A stretch of DNA of 57,461 bases, the filler included, from Platydemus manokwari (Eukaryota): assembly GCA_037951405.1 (NCBI GenBank). It is 5 parts of 5 records of this genome, joined end to end, with 100 filler letters (N's around TTAATTAATTAA, not from the genome) between each part and the next. Parts side by side here need not be neighbours in the genome. Positions count along the whole stretch, not along the records: positions 11,078 to 20,650 come from JBBMOY011230654.1; positions 20,751 to 31,167 come from JBBMOY011135328.1; 3 more parts are not named here. One strand, 5' to 3'. Below, one piece after another: positions 13,601 to 27,977 of this stretch (position 1 is the first letter of the stretch; each line of letters opens with the position of its first letter). The translations under genes and the position numbers were made by a program. The notes beneath the pieces were generated by a model, which was given only the letters and a program-made list of their open reading frames with translations, ran no database searches and was not told the origin of the DNA.

Positions 13601-14896
13601 GTGTGATTTCTCTGACAACCAGTCTTTGTGGTTGTTTTCTGTTTTGCTGTTTAACTTTCAGGAGTTGATACCAAATTGAGTTTATAATCCATTGTTGATT
13701 TAGCCTGATTGTAATTGTTTTCATACTGACTATTCAGGGTTTGTAACTTATTCCGATTTATAATTACAATTTTCAATGTTTAGCATCAGCTCATAATATT
13801 ATAATACCACGATTTTTAAAATACTTTTCTTTAAAATATTTTTCCCAAAATATAAAAAATAATATTAAGAAATTATAAAAGTAAAGAGAGCACACAAAGA
13901 CATCATAACTTTGTTAATTAAAATATTGATTCTCAATATCTAATATCTAAATTCAATTGTTTTCTGAAGTTTTCCTGAACAATCCAATCTTTTAGGCTTG
14001 TGAGTTCCTATAAGGACGTTCATAACAATATCCTTTCTTTACGATCTTGTCTGGTTCCTTTTTCACTAAAATGTAATCCAAAATCTCTTTCTACTTCTTT
14101 CCAGCGTCGAATTTTATTAAGTTTGTTGCCACTAATTTGAAATTTTTTCCGTTTCTTTGATGATCTGGTATTGATGACTAGCTTCATGGAATGCATATAA
14201 ATTCGTTTTACAAGCAAAATCTCTGAATGCGAAAGCAGAATTCAACTTTAGTAAAATATTTTGATGATACATTCTATACTAGGAATGAGTTTATTTCAGT
14301 GCTGTTTTTCTGATGTCAGAATTCTCACCAGTGTGCCACAAATAAGATTTTCGCCAGCTTCCTTATGGTACTAACTTCCTTCTATAGCACTTCAAAGTCA
14401 AGATATTAACTAATTTATTATATATTAGTAATACTAAAGTTTTTACGTATCTCTTTTCTAGTGTCACATAATAGCTTCGTTGTTTTATCTTCAAGAGAAG
14501 AAAATTGTCTTAAAACAATATGTCATTGGATAATAAAGTTCTTTCATGGAATATTAATCATATATAGTATGTTGGGTATTTATTAATAATAAATAACTGA
14601 CTCCAATACAAGTTGTATTACTCAATATACAAACTACAAAGTCTTGAACCAAATTTGGCTTTCAACTGGCAGTCGTCCATCTTTACATCGATTTTTATTG
14701 TGGTGATCTGTGTGTATTTTTTGTGTCATGTTGTATCATATTTTGATTTGATATTTGTTTTTCTGTGTCCTTATTGGATTTTTAAGTTTTGACACGAATG
14801 AGATTGGTCAATCCTTATGTGTGTGTTTTGTTTAGCTTTGCCTTTTTTCCAATTTTAACTCATCATCTAACACTGCTGTGATTAGCTGATTGCTAC

Positions 14897-15186
14897 ATCT
14901 GTATGACCGTGTAGGCATGCAAATGTTCAAAGTGCCAAAACAAGAGTTCCAAGGTGCCATTTCGTTTTTCTTTTTGCAGAATTTCATCTCACTCAACAAG
15001 TATCACTTACTTCATTCAATTTCACTTACGAAACAGATAAATACAAATGCAGTAATGTGATAGATTTACGAATTTTCAGGCTAAAAACTTTCGAATGCTT
15101 GTAACAACTTGACAGTCCAATAGAAATTCGCAAATTGAGGCGAATCTTTTTAGACAATATCCATGCCTACACGGTTATATAAAGAT
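14897..15186. mobile_element. MITE-like element with terminal inverted repeats
   Basis: Left arm ATCTGTATGACCGTGTAGGCATG; right arm CATGCCTACACGGTTATATAAAGAT. Perfect 14-bp core ACCGTGTAGGCATG; about 290 bp, non-coding. Confidence 0.6.
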
Positions 15187-16099
15187 ATATAAACAATATT
15201 GTTTCACCAACATCATTACTTATTGTCTAATTGAGAGAAGTATATAAATCGAACATAAAAATTTTCTGGATACATGATAGTTGTCGACAACCAACCGTTG
15301 AGAGCGAAATATTGTGTGATAGAAATTGTTGAACATTTTTACAATAGTTATTACTCGATAAATTGTTTAAAAGTTTTAACCTGGAACTTCTCCTTTGATG
15401 ATTATTTTAAATTATTTTACAATCTATAAACTAGATTTTCTCCACCATATTTAGGACTTTTATTCTTTTTAACTACTCCACTCTATTGTTTAATTTAAAA
15501 CAAGCCAGTTAAAATTATTAAATTTGAATCAATTAACTTAATGAGTGAAAAGTAATTCTTTAATTATCGATAATAAATTGCAAAAGTAAACTATTAGTTA
15601 TTTTGTAATTTTTTTAATGTTTTAGAGCAAGGAAAGAATTTTTCGCAAGTCAATAAAATTTTATATTTTTATTATTTGTTGTTTTAATATTTTGGTAATT
15701 AGTTTGAATAATTATTTGTAAATATTTTTTGAATAATCTAAGCTGACAGTGATATCAACACTATTTATTTCAATTCTATAAAATCCAATTAGTCGACATA
15801 AACCGAGGTTGAATCAGCGCCCTCAAAGAAAAGCCCGGATCACGGATTGTTAGTTTTGTAGTTTACTTATTTAATTTAATTTTCTATGGAAGTCATCTAA
15901 TAAAGTTGTTCATTGTTAACTGCTCAGTTTATTGATTATTGGTTATTCTTTCAAACATTTATGATGCCTATTGTCTAGCAATCACAATAATAGATCACAC
16001 CAATCACAATGTTTAAACAAATTATAAAAAATGTATTTTTATTCACTGATAGTTTTCAAAATAAATATGTTTTATTTTAATTTATTATTTCAAAATTAT

Positions 16100-17300
16100 T
16101 TATTACAATTTCCTAATCCTCATTTTCTCTATATCTGCACAAATGCCTTGTTCGAATTCTCTACATGTTTTTGTATTCTCTGAATAAATCTATAATCTTT
16201 ATATAAAATTGTTTAAAAATTCTAAATATCTATTTTTTTATATTTCTTTACAACATTTTGTCTTTCAAAACTGTCTACTTCATTAATTTAATTTAAATCT
16301 ATTACTATTTTACACCTGCTATTTTTTATTCTATTTTCCATTTAACATCCCTATTTTTTATTTAACTGACATATAGGGTCGAATTATTTTCTTCTTCCTA
16401 TACATTTTTTTGATTTTCTTCCATATTTTGTATCTGACATTGTTTTAGATTTAATTTATCTTGGCATTTACAACTGTAAATATTATATATCTCATATTGT
16501 GTGACCCCATAATCTATTCGATAATCATCAACATTTAATCCATATTATTTCTAGTAGTTTATATCTATTTATCTATTTTTTTACACATCTTCATGCTATG
16601 TTACCAATTCAAAGTATTGAGATCCATTTAGAAACTAAAATTGTGCCATTAGTAGCATTTAAAGCTATTATTTTGTTTTGTAGTCTTTCCCAATATGGCT
16701 GCGAATTGTCTGTCTTAATTACTTGGCTCCGCTGTGATAATTGAAATATTAAACATCATTGTCACCTTCATTTCATATTATTAATACTCTGCCTTCTATT
16801 TATGGTCCTCAATTATTTAATTCTCTTATTATTCATACTATTTTTCATTGGGATCAATTTAGCTAGGTCCTCTCTTAACCTTTCTGCATCATTGTGAGAT
16901 AATGCATTTATAGATTTTTGTTATGGCTGCTCGGCTTGTTGATGAATTTTAAAATTGTAGTTATTGTATGGCAAAATTTATACAATACTGTAATATTCAT
17001 TATTGCATGTGAGACATCCAAAGAATTCTTACAAACCATCGTAATATGAAAATACAATTTTACATTTCGTCATTCTCTTCCATGACAAATTGACCAAATC
17101 CTTTATTTAAATAAATAGTGGAAAATATTTCAGAAATTTTCTATCTGATTATAGAAAATGTGAAATAATTTTTAATTTCTTTAATTTAATTTTGTATTGG
17201 TTATTGAATATTGCTGATTTGATATGTTATGATCAATTAATTTATTTCACTGACTCTCAGGAGACTTCAATAACGGGTTTTGAGGACCACGTTATCGGAT
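16100..17300 (-). mobile_element. Decayed L1/Tx1-like LINE RT remnant
   Basis: LKSPES (cf. KSPGSDG), LTCNNEYY..ILP (cf. LLNTDYKILA) and MMFNISIITAEP (cf. PLLF.L..EP), in order. Confidence 0.4.
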
Positions 17301-19503
17301 CTATTTCTACTGAATTAATCTATAGGTTTTCTAAAGATAAATTGTTGTTACCTTAATTTGAAGTTTGATAATAATTAATATTAATGACATTAATGAAAAA
17401 GCTTAAAACACAGATCAACAACTATTACATTAGTCTTTAGTATCGCTATTTAAGTATTAAGAATATCGTTATCAAATCAAAAATTTATATGTGGAAACAC
17501 AAAAAATATAACAACGGTTGAAAACAACAAAAGATTGAAATTCAATATATCGAAAGTAGCCCAAAGCGAACGGAGAGGATGGTGATTTGGAAGACATTAG
17601 TTTTTCGACAGAATTTATTTAGTTGACATCAATGACATGGATTATCAGAGTAATAAATTATGCTTGTGAATTTCTAGACAAATAAAATATTTAAGTAAAT
17701 AATCAATCAACCTTACTCTGCGTTAATTGGCTCAAGAAAAACGTCCATTCGAAAAATAACTTCTTTTTCCAAAAAATATATTTCGATCTCAAAGATATTA
17801 TTCCTTTTTCCAATATAAATGTTTGGTTTTGGCGTTATCTCTTCTTGTGTTTTTCTTCTTTTGATATTAGTCTCGTTTAATTATTACTTATTCTTGATTG
17901 TGCAATATCAGAGTCTAATCAGTCTCTTAGTGGTTCTATTAACCCCTAGGTACAACTAGACCCATGTTATTATTTGATCTTCCTTCACCTAGATTGTTGC
18001 TATAACCGTATGACGACTAGATGAACGGCTCAATGATATTGCTTATTCTTATCAGTCTCACTTTAATGTTACACGCTTCTCTGTGCACCCTTTTAATATA
18101 AAAAGGTAATGTCTTGACAATGGTGATGATTCTTTATGAATGATTCCTTAGGACACTTGTCAAATCAAAAGTAACTCGGTTTATGACTACTAAAACTACA
18201 TTGTTTAACCAAATTACAATAAAAATTAAATACTTTTATACAATTATAACAATGTATGGTTAAATATAACAATACGTTTATACACTGAAACGTTGGAACA
18301 ATTATTACGCAATTCCAGACAAGCCGGTAACAGGCCTCCACGAGAGGTAGAACCAGGTGTTAAATATATTTGGACTTAGTCCTATAAATAGGAAGAATAT
18401 GCGTCTTGATGATGTAAATAAATGATGATTTTACACGTATTGATCTTACTTTATCCTTGCGCAATTTCCTATTGAATCGGTAAGCAATAATTAAAATCGT
18501 TTCTTCTAGACAATTCTGGGCATATAATGGCAACAGAATATCGGATCTCTTCGGCTTGGAATCGGTAAAAAATACTTTGACGTGCCTCTTCTTATATCTT
18601 CTCAACGAACTACGGAGGCTTGTTTTTTTGTAACAGGCGGGTGTCAGAACTAGTAATTTTAAAGTCCTATTTATACTGGATTTATTTGATGGTAATTTTC
18701 GATTAAAATGAGGGCTCTTTTCACTTTAATCTGAATGAATATTTCTTGACTGCGGGTTGTCAGTCTTTTAATGTGGGCGAAATTTGATGTTATTTATACT
18801 TTATTAAAGAATATTTAATTTATTCGGGATTATTTTCCAGTTGCCAGCCGAAATAATGCAGGTAATTTATTTTAATGCAGGTGGTTTTTCATTTCTCGAT
18901 CTTATTTTAAACGGTTTTTTTTCATTACGGTATTTTTAATCAGGGCTATTTTCTAGTTGTTATGCGAAAATTTAAAAGGGTTTTATTTCTATTTGGGGTT
19001 AATTAACCGTTTCTGTTCTTTAATAACCTTATTTTATGTATAAGATTATTTTTATTTTAAAAGAATTTATTTAACTCGCTTGTCCGGACTGATGAAAAGT
19101 AAAAAGAATAAAAATTTAATTGGTGATAACAGACTACTTTTATACTCTTAAAATATACATGCAAAATAATGCCTTTTTCTCGAAAACCAACAGAAATCAT
19201 TTTCACGAATGTATTAGAAATCCAACCATCAAATCGCGTTCTTGTATTAATTGATTGTGAACAATCAATAATCTCGACATGTAATTTCAACACAAGTCTC
19301 TTGTGAACTATAAAACTCTCTGAATTTTAAGTAAAGAAAGTGCTCGTTGGTGGTGGTGTTTTGTATGGTGGTTGAATGTAATTCTGGTTGGCTATTTATA
19401 TTGGCTTGATCTATAGATGGCTTTTAATTTCATACACACTATGAATACCTTTCATTTTAACGTTGCATATTCATTAATTTGTAATTATTACTTATTCTTT
19501 ATC

Positions 19504-19504
<1 letters not shown>

Positions 19505-19539
<35 letters not shown>
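19505..19539. repeat. (ATT)n microsatellite
   Basis: Direct observation. Confidence 0.85.
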
Positions 19540-19541
<2 letters not shown>

Positions 19542-20650
19542 TTATTTATAAATTCTGTCGAAACTCTTCCTCACCTCTTTTCCAATAATAAAATATAATT
19601 TTTAATCGGAATTAATAATTATTATTCAAAGTCATAATTAATAAATAATTATGCAAAATCACATTCAAATAAATAATATTAAAATAACAAATCAAACAGA
19701 TAAGTATGGATAGATTTAAAATATTTAATTATAGAAATAAATTTGAGAAAGGAAGTCATTCATAAGAAATTTAGCATACTTTAGACAGGTTTGGAACACT
19801 AAATATTTGAGAAAGATAAAATAACTTAAAAACAATTTCCATACGAATATCATGAGACGTTAACTGCAATAAATATACTTTTATCGCTTCAATTAAAATT
19901 TGATCGGTTTTAACCGAGTGCAGTGTTATTATTTGAATAGATTCTATCTATATCGTGTTTAGAAGGCTATTCAAAGTACATCTATCTAAGATATAAATAT
20001 TTTTAGTTTTAAATCTGCTAAAGCGACTTTAATATATGATATGTAAAATTATAGAAAATTTAATTGGTATAGAATATATTAAGTTCTTTAAAATGTAATA
20101 GTCAAAGGAAAAAAATTTGTAGTTTCATGTCTAGCTTTACATCAGATATGTATTTTAAAAAATTATATAAAAATAATTTTAATTTTATAAAAAATAATTT
20201 TTGATTTTAATAATTTTAATTTTAATATTTTAAATTTTAATTTACTAAAAAAACTAATATTAAATTGTATAAAAACAAATCAATAAAATATTTAAATCAA
20301 TTCAGAGTCATGAAACTATTTTAAATTTCGTTTTCCTTGGGGCATTTACCGTGCTTCATGTAACTGAAAACATTTTCTTCCACGATTTAGAATTCATTGT
20401 TTAATATTAGCTTCATTGTCTTGTTTCGTTTATTATCGAGTTTCATTTTATTATTCAAATCAACTATTCGGAATATATTCTTTTCATTTTTCAATTGTTG
20501 TCGACAATAACATAATTCGTTAACAAATTCAAGTTCCACTTCCACATTTGAATCATTTTTCGTCAAAACACCTTTCATCACAGGTGACCATGATGTTATA
20601 TTTAGATTCCAATAAGTATAATTAGCACAGAACCATTCAGTGATATTTTT

Positions 20651-20750
20651 NNNNNNNNNNNNNNNNNNNNNNNNNNNNNNNNNNNNNNNNNNNNTTAATT
20701 AATTAANNNNNNNNNNNNNNNNNNNNNNNNNNNNNNNNNNNNNNNNNNNN
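20651..20750. other. Artificial contig spacer N44-TTAATTAATTAA-N44
   Basis: Same construct as at 10978. Confidence 0.97.
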
Positions 20751-20812
20751 ATCATACAATAAGGCTGTGCGAGGTGAAAGAACATCAAAATAAGGTAAAT
20801 TACGCCTGTGGC

Positions 20813-20905
20813 CTTAATCAAGAACTCATAGGGACTGATTAAGACAGTAGTGATATCAAATAGGATTAAGCTTAGTAAAACAAATTAATCTATAAGGCCC
20901 GAACG
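20813..20905 (+). repeat. Dispersed repeat with stem-loop, copy 2
   Basis: Homologous to 11587-11690 on a different contig. Confidence 0.65.
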
Positions 20906-21198
20906 TAACAAAATAAATATTAGTTTCTATCTATTTTGTTCCAATCCTATATTTCATTTACAGAAATGCTTATATTATAAATGATGTTTGGAATTCGAAC
21001 TAACTAAAAATTAATCGTTTTGATATTTATACGTGTTATTTTATTACTATCATAGTGTATTAATACGATTTTTGGAGTGTGCGCTCATAAATACACACAC
21101 GCGTATAGATATTAGAACACTTATCAATACTTCATTTGATTTTCGATAATCAATAATTCAAAGTTCGTGATTATAATATATCTATCTGTAACACCGAG

Positions 21199-22410
21199 AT
21201 GTCACCAAATAAAACATAAAAATACTCATCAAAATTTGATCCGATTTTACTATTAGGTATAAGCTTGGCTGGAATTACCGAACTAGTCATTCTGTCACGG
21301 GTTTTCAGATCCAAAAACTAGTTGGTCTACAAGCATTTTGAAACTATTTCCGAAAAAGATCTGATAAAAAATTGGTCACAATTATAGGATTTAAGAGTGA
21401 TTTACTTATAGAACATTAATCGACAATGAAGTACTGGTAATGGCTGTTGAAATGAAGGAAATCGAAAAATTTTATTTAATCTGAAACTTCTCGGTCATCA
21501 GGTTGCCTGTGAATTAATTATAAATAAGAATAGAAAAATGATAAATACGATTATCGGAGAATAAATCTTTGTAAGTAATCAATTATTCATAATCGATTAG
21601 AATATGTGATGCAGATAATGAATCGATTCAAAATTGATGGTGTAATGATTTTATTTAACAAATATATTGACGCAACAAATAAGCAAAACAGGCGGTCAAC
21701 ACATTTAAGAAGGTAGAGTTGCAAATATGTATTTACTCGAGGAATTTGAATTTGACAGGTAACATTACAATTGACCCTGTGGAAAATGGAAATGATGTGA
21801 AAAAAGTATTGATTTGATCCGAGTTGGTTATCATTAGGATTGGTTGATCTTTAATCGTCTTGAAATCTTTTTTTAATCCTGAATGTATTGTGTGAATATT
21901 TCTCCCCGGAACAAGTCTAGGAGGTAGATTCTTCAATTTATTCAAGTTGGGGTGAAGATTCTTCAATTGCACATATTCTTAAATTTTTATGCATGAATCG
22001 AAATATTGTCAAGGTTTACTCCTTCTTTTGTGAGAAGATACTTTAGCCGTTATCAATTGATTAAAGCACCACAACCGTCTGTCAATTGAGGCAAATTGCA
22101 CATATTGTGGTCAAAAAATGAATTGGACGAAATATGATAAAGCAAAAAATGTGTTCAAAATACAAATCGATAAGATCGATACGAATTGATTCCTTTTTTT
22201 ATATCGGTTCAGAAAAACGTTGAAGAAAAATTGGCGTCCAGTTTGTTCAGCATTTGAGAAAAAACAATGGTGGATTGTTACAACTTCGAGAGGTATGCAC
22301 GAATTATGTAAAATTCAATCCAAAATCGATTTAATTTAGTTTTTATTAATTTTGGAGTAGATATTCTTCAATTGATTTATGTTATGGAGGGGATTCTTCA
22401 CTTGATCTCC
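21199..22410 (+). pseudogene. Decayed eukaryotic type II pantothenate kinase (PANK-like) pseudogene
   Basis: Colinear degenerate motifs with stops and frameshifts: LGISLAGITELV (cf. FGLDIGGTLVKLV), DLRVIYL*N...STG...NLKLLGHQ (cf. SIRKYLTSN...STG...DLTLCGRK), KID...KYIDAT (cf. KLDE...LYIDS), GTSLGGRFFNLFKL (cf. GTSLGGGTFFGLCCL), and possibly IDLCYGGD near 22370 (cf. DIYGGDY). Confidence 0.6.
22050..22220 (+). mobile_element. Merlin/IS1595-like transposase N-terminal zinc-ribbon remnant
   Basis: LSIEANCTYCGQKMNWTKY resembles the CxxC...M N-terminus of Merlin transposases; it sits within the PANK relic. Confidence 0.35.
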
Positions 22411-23079
22411 TTTTTTATTTTAATTGATCACTTCCTCAGTTTTATAATTTTTTCCTCCCATTGTATACTTATAGAAATGATAATTGATATAATAACGATA
22501 ACAACAAGATTATAAGAATTAGTGACTTGTAGTTAAATCATGAAATTAATTTTGATTTCATTGCATTTATTACAAAAATATTCAACACGCCATTGGTAAA
22601 TAAATCCATCAAATCACTGCCATAGATAAGTCTTGTTAAGAAGACTAACTCATAACTTAAGGACAAACTTTTGACTCCTTATTGTCTAAACTCTCTGAAT
22701 TTGCGCACAACGCGTACTTGAAATCGATTATTTTTTTTTATTAATTTTAAAAGAAAATGAGGCATTAGAATATTGGGACATTAATCCGCGACATTGTTTC
22801 CACTCTAATGACTCTTAGAATCATCATTTACAAAACATCGAATAATTACATATCAGTTTTTGATCAATAAAACTAAATCAAAGAATTGACTAAAGGGAAA
22901 TTTAAATCAAAATAAATGCGATCACATTGAGGTTTGTTAGTGAGATTCTCTTAGGAAATGACTTCAAATATAATTGGCTTTTGCAGATTTCAATTTATTG
23001 ATTTTCAATGAAAATGATTTAAAACAAATAAATTACAATTTTTAATTAATCTATTTATTGAATTATTACTAAAATTATA

Positions 23080-23900
23080 TTTGAAATAAAGAATGATCGA
23101 GTATTATTTTCTGCTGAAAGGAAATGATTTCAAAAAAATTGATTTTATTGATTTTGTACAGGCAAATACTTTTGCATTGGCAGTTCCATGATATTCTGAA
23201 ATCATAGGAGCTAATAACGCTGTGATAATTCTGAAAATTCCGTGAATCGGATTCATTAAGCAAATGCATACTGTAATCCAGGGGTGGCCAACCGATCGAT
23301 CCTGAAGCCAATTTTAGTCCATCGCGTGAGATGTTATTCAAATGAAAAGTCGATCTTACGTACACAAAAGTTGGCCTACTCTGCTGAAATGGATTTTAAC
23401 AATGATATATATTGAAGCGAAACCAGTTTTATTTCGAGCTCTCAATTTAAGGAGTCAATCAATAATTTCATACTGTCCATATGTATATATCCTCTAGAAA
23501 TGATGAATAAATTGTATTTAAAGTTGTTTTCTACTGGTGTGCACACGTGGATATTGTTTATTATGTTGAAGTGCATTCTTCTATTCCCAAAAGTTCTATG
23601 ATTTTGAAATATTTAAATACACAAAGTGTCACTTTTATTTAAAATCGATGTGCGTGTGTATAATTTCCTTCATCCACTGCAAAACCATTAGACTGATTCT
23701 TGAATTCGTCTACAACAGCGAAGAAAAGATAATAACACCAAAGTTGAAACAGCCTGATCTTCGGAATTACACAGTAATTGCCTACTTCTGTATTCAACAT
23801 GTTACTGGGGCATTCCATCATATGAACACTGACGATTTGAAATTCCCAATGTGCAAACACGGATAAATTGAATTGATCAACTTATCCAATTGTTTGGGAG
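23080..23900 (-). mobile_element. Decayed Tc1/mariner (DDxD-like) transposase
   Basis: FAVVDEF...NG (cf. FSDE..F..NG), FQQSRP (cf. FQQDGAP) and GSIGWPPLDYS (cf. WPPRSPDLNPLDYS). Confidence 0.6.
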
Positions 23901-24299
23901 GCCCTTTATGTTAGAACGAACATTGAAAAGCATCAAATGGGTATAAATCAAAATCGCTATCTACTTAGTTGGTGTAATGTGTAAAATAATTGGAAAAATT
24001 ATCGAATAATGAAAATAATATGAAAATATTTAAATTACTACATCGAAAATATTTGATAACTCAAATACCTGTATAAGCGCGATTCAATAGCATACTGGAC
24101 TTCTCGGTTCAGTTAAAAAAAACAGAAATTCGATCTTAAAGATCTTTTTCTTGAAAAAATTGGTATGAGAAATCGAAATACTAGAAAATTATTAAAATTA
24201 TCCTAAAAATCAATATTCGCATAATTTATTGAATGTTTTCAAAGACTTAAACAGAATTACTTGGTGTTATTAGAGCTTGCTTAAGTACTGAAGACAGGA

Positions 24300-24750
24300 A
24301 AACAGTCTCTCATCTCAGTGTTAATGGTTCTCATCACTCACTTCTAAATCAGGCCAGCAACTTAATCACCTCATCAATATGACGATTTCATCAAATTCTT
24401 GACAAGAATCGTAATAATGGCCTGAGAAGTGCTTATATTTGTAAAACCATTAAGTGCCTTTTGAGGTACCAAGTAATATAATAATGATAATAATAATTGA
24501 TAAAGTGTATTTTGGCTTGTGCTGCATAATTTGTTCCCAGCAGTGTTTTAATGAGTTTGATAGTATAATACATTTTGTTAAATATATTTCTCAAATTCTG
24601 TCTCACATTTTTCCCGATGATCAATATTTTGGTTACTGTAAATGATTGCAGCAGTTCTCCAGTTATTAAAACAATGAAAACCTTATAGCTCAAGTTTGAG
24701 AATTCTATCAGTTGTCAATTCGAGCTCCACGAAAAATCAATTTTGACGAA
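24300..24750 (-). mobile_element. Decayed LINE RT 3' remnant
   Basis: NIFNKM (cf. L.FN..KC) and ALLRPLLRF (cf. YKALVRPILEY). Confidence 0.3.
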
Positions 24751-26940
24751 TTTCTTCATAAAAAACATTATAATAAACTTCCTCAAAAAGGTTTTTTTTC
24801 GGCGAATTAAGTTTGTTAATAAAAGAATACTAAATAAGTGTTATGGTTTTGGTCAAAAAATATAAGATGTGGATAATTCATATCATTTAGATATGGGCAA
24901 GAGTTTTTAGAAATTTGAGTTTTTGCACAACGTGATTAGCAATGACTGGCTCTTGATCGAGTATGTATTTGACGATATAATAGAATTCTGATGAAATTAT
25001 AAATGGATCGTTGGTAACAGGTCGACAAATCTCGTTACTGGAAGACCGCATGAAGAATGAGCATAGTGGAGAATGATACTTTCCGCTGCTACCTTTTTCT
25101 TAAACATGTCTCAACTTTGAAGATAAAGCCAACTTGTTCCAAATCCCTCAACCGAGATATCTACAAAATTTTCAATGTATTATACTAAAAAAATTCATTA
25201 GGATGCGGGATAAATCTTGATTCGCATTTATTCAAGGTCAAATTCTCAAATGAAAAATACATAAATTTAATTATGTTTTTGGATAACGCCATATTTAACC
25301 ACTTGTTTCAATTGTGCCAATAGAAGCACAGTTTTGATATCCAAATCATTTATTGCAAAAGCCGAAATGAAAAGGATCTCTCAACATCAACATCATTGAC
25401 AGGCACATACATACCATAACGAGAAATGTGTGCACCTGAAATGAAATTAGCATTATGACTGATATGATGGAGAAATTCTTTGAGAAATATCTTCATTTCA
25501 AATGCTTTCAGCTATTGGATAATAAAAATTTTATGAAAAAATAAAATTTATTCGAAAATATCAATATTTTATTGAAGTTTCGTGAAATCAATTTTAGGTA
25601 AAACTTGTTGATAAATATAGATAATATAAATCGATCAAAATTCATTGATCACCGTACAAGAGAATAGATCAATGTAAACTGTATAATATCATTTTATTGG
25701 TGAAACTAATCCCCATTTATAAATCTTATTCCAAAATATTATTAATAGTTATCGATTAATATTTCGATGCATGATATGGTGTGGAGCAAACAATCTCGAA
25801 TAACATCAATACACGATAGAAATAAGACAATTATCATTATAAAGTAATAAATTATGAATTGATTCTTATATTGGAGCTTTCTCCACAGAAAGCCCACTAA
25901 TAATGCAGTTCATTAAGTAATGTCTATTCATCACAATCGAAAAGATCTCAAATCTATCAATCTCTCACTGACTCATTACTGAATTCAAACACAAAGCCAT
26001 TTTCACTCAGCATCACATTATTTTGGACAAGACAGGTTATTGTAATTATTTCTTTGGCATAACTTCACATATATATTTATGTTGAATTATCATTCATTTA
26101 TCAGCGTTATAATAATTATTTTGTTGCGCCATCATTTTATAATTGATTCTCTTAAGCTTTCATATGGCACAGAAGAATCATTTGGCTTATAAATTTATTC
26201 TATGATAATGATAATGTGCAGTCAAATATCGATTATTATTTAAAATATTATTAAATCGAATAATTAATTTGAGTTTATTGATTTATTCAAATACAATAAC
26301 ACTCTAATAATCAAATTCATATTTTTTATCATTACATCATCACCCGGTTATCAGTTGAGTTTTTTAATAAATGTTTACGTTGCTGGGAATTGAATTATTG
26401 TGTCAACAATCACTGCTCAGTAACGATTTCTATCATTTTCAAATCATAAATTCTTTAACACATTTCCATCAACATTATATCGATCTCATTGTCATTCATC
26501 AATTGATTCGGTAGAAATATATTTTGTAGAAATATCATCCAATCAAATTCGATCTTCATTCAATAATCGATCATCTGATCATTTTTCAATAAATTTTCAA
26601 TTAAATCATTTGTTATTGATTATATGGTGATTGATTTTCAATTGATATCAAATCTCGATGAAATATTATTATTAATCAATATTATATTTTCGATCAATCT
26701 TCGTTAAAATAAAATAGTTTTGTTTCATTTCCAGATTATTGATTTCATAAAATAATATTTATTATTCAACTCATTCGTCGATTACAGATTGAAAGTGATC
26801 GATTTGAGTCTGTTATTCAAACATTGATTTGAAATTTCACCTTGTTACGTCATCGTGCAAACAGACCAATCAAAATTATCCATTCACATATATTTATCGC
26901 TAAATCTCATCTCATTTTTACAGAAAACAACATTATTCAA

Positions 26941-27944
26941 ATGAAAGAGTAACAGCTCGATAACAATTTCATTTATCATTGATATTTGTTTTATAGATTT
27001 CCTGCATACTTGATAAATAATACACGACAAAGTCGTTCAAGATCTCGATTAGATCGTTTCGAATCACATTCACGGTAACAATGATATTATCCAATGATAT
27101 CTCAAACAATTATTTTAGTAATGTTTCAACTCAACCAATACGAAAAGATATCAAAACTGATTCACAATCGATCATTGATGATCATGTGATTATTGATCGA
27201 AAAGTCAAGTAAAATACTTGATCAATTCCATATTTGTTACATCATCATTTGTAGAATATTAAGGATCACCAAATCGAAAGATCGATCAAGAGAATGTCAT
27301 CAATCTACTCAACCACTTCTCATTCCGAAATTCGATAAAGAAATCCTCTCCAAATATTGTATCATAACTGCTGATCCGATTTCAACAGATAGTAGTAAAG
27401 GTGAATCAATCTCATTTCAATCACTTTACAACAATTATTTCACGAAATATCATTTAAATCACTTATTTATTCTTTTCTCACATTATATTATTGATTTATA
27501 TTATCGATTTATATTATTGATTTATATTATTGATTTATATTATTGATTTATATTATTGATTTATATTATTGATTTATATTATTGATTTATATTATNNNNN
27601 NNNNNNNNNNNNNNNNNNNNNNNNNNNNNNNNNNNNNNNNNNNNNNNNNNNNNNNNNNNNNNNNNNNNNNNNNNNNNNNNNNNNNNNNNNNNNNNTGATT
27701 TATATATTCTCTAGATATCAATATTGAACATCATTCCAATGAAACTGTTTATTCAAGATCATCTTCATCATCAACAACAGAAAAGAGATCAAGCAGTATT
27801 GGACGATTCGTTAAACATGTTAAACGAGCTTTGACACCGCGAAGACGAAATAGAAAAAGTGTCGATTTCAATCCAATCACATCACCTGAACACAAATCAT
27901 CAAATCATCAAATTTCAATGAAAAATGAAAATCAATCTTTAATA

Positions 27945-27977
<33 letters not shown>

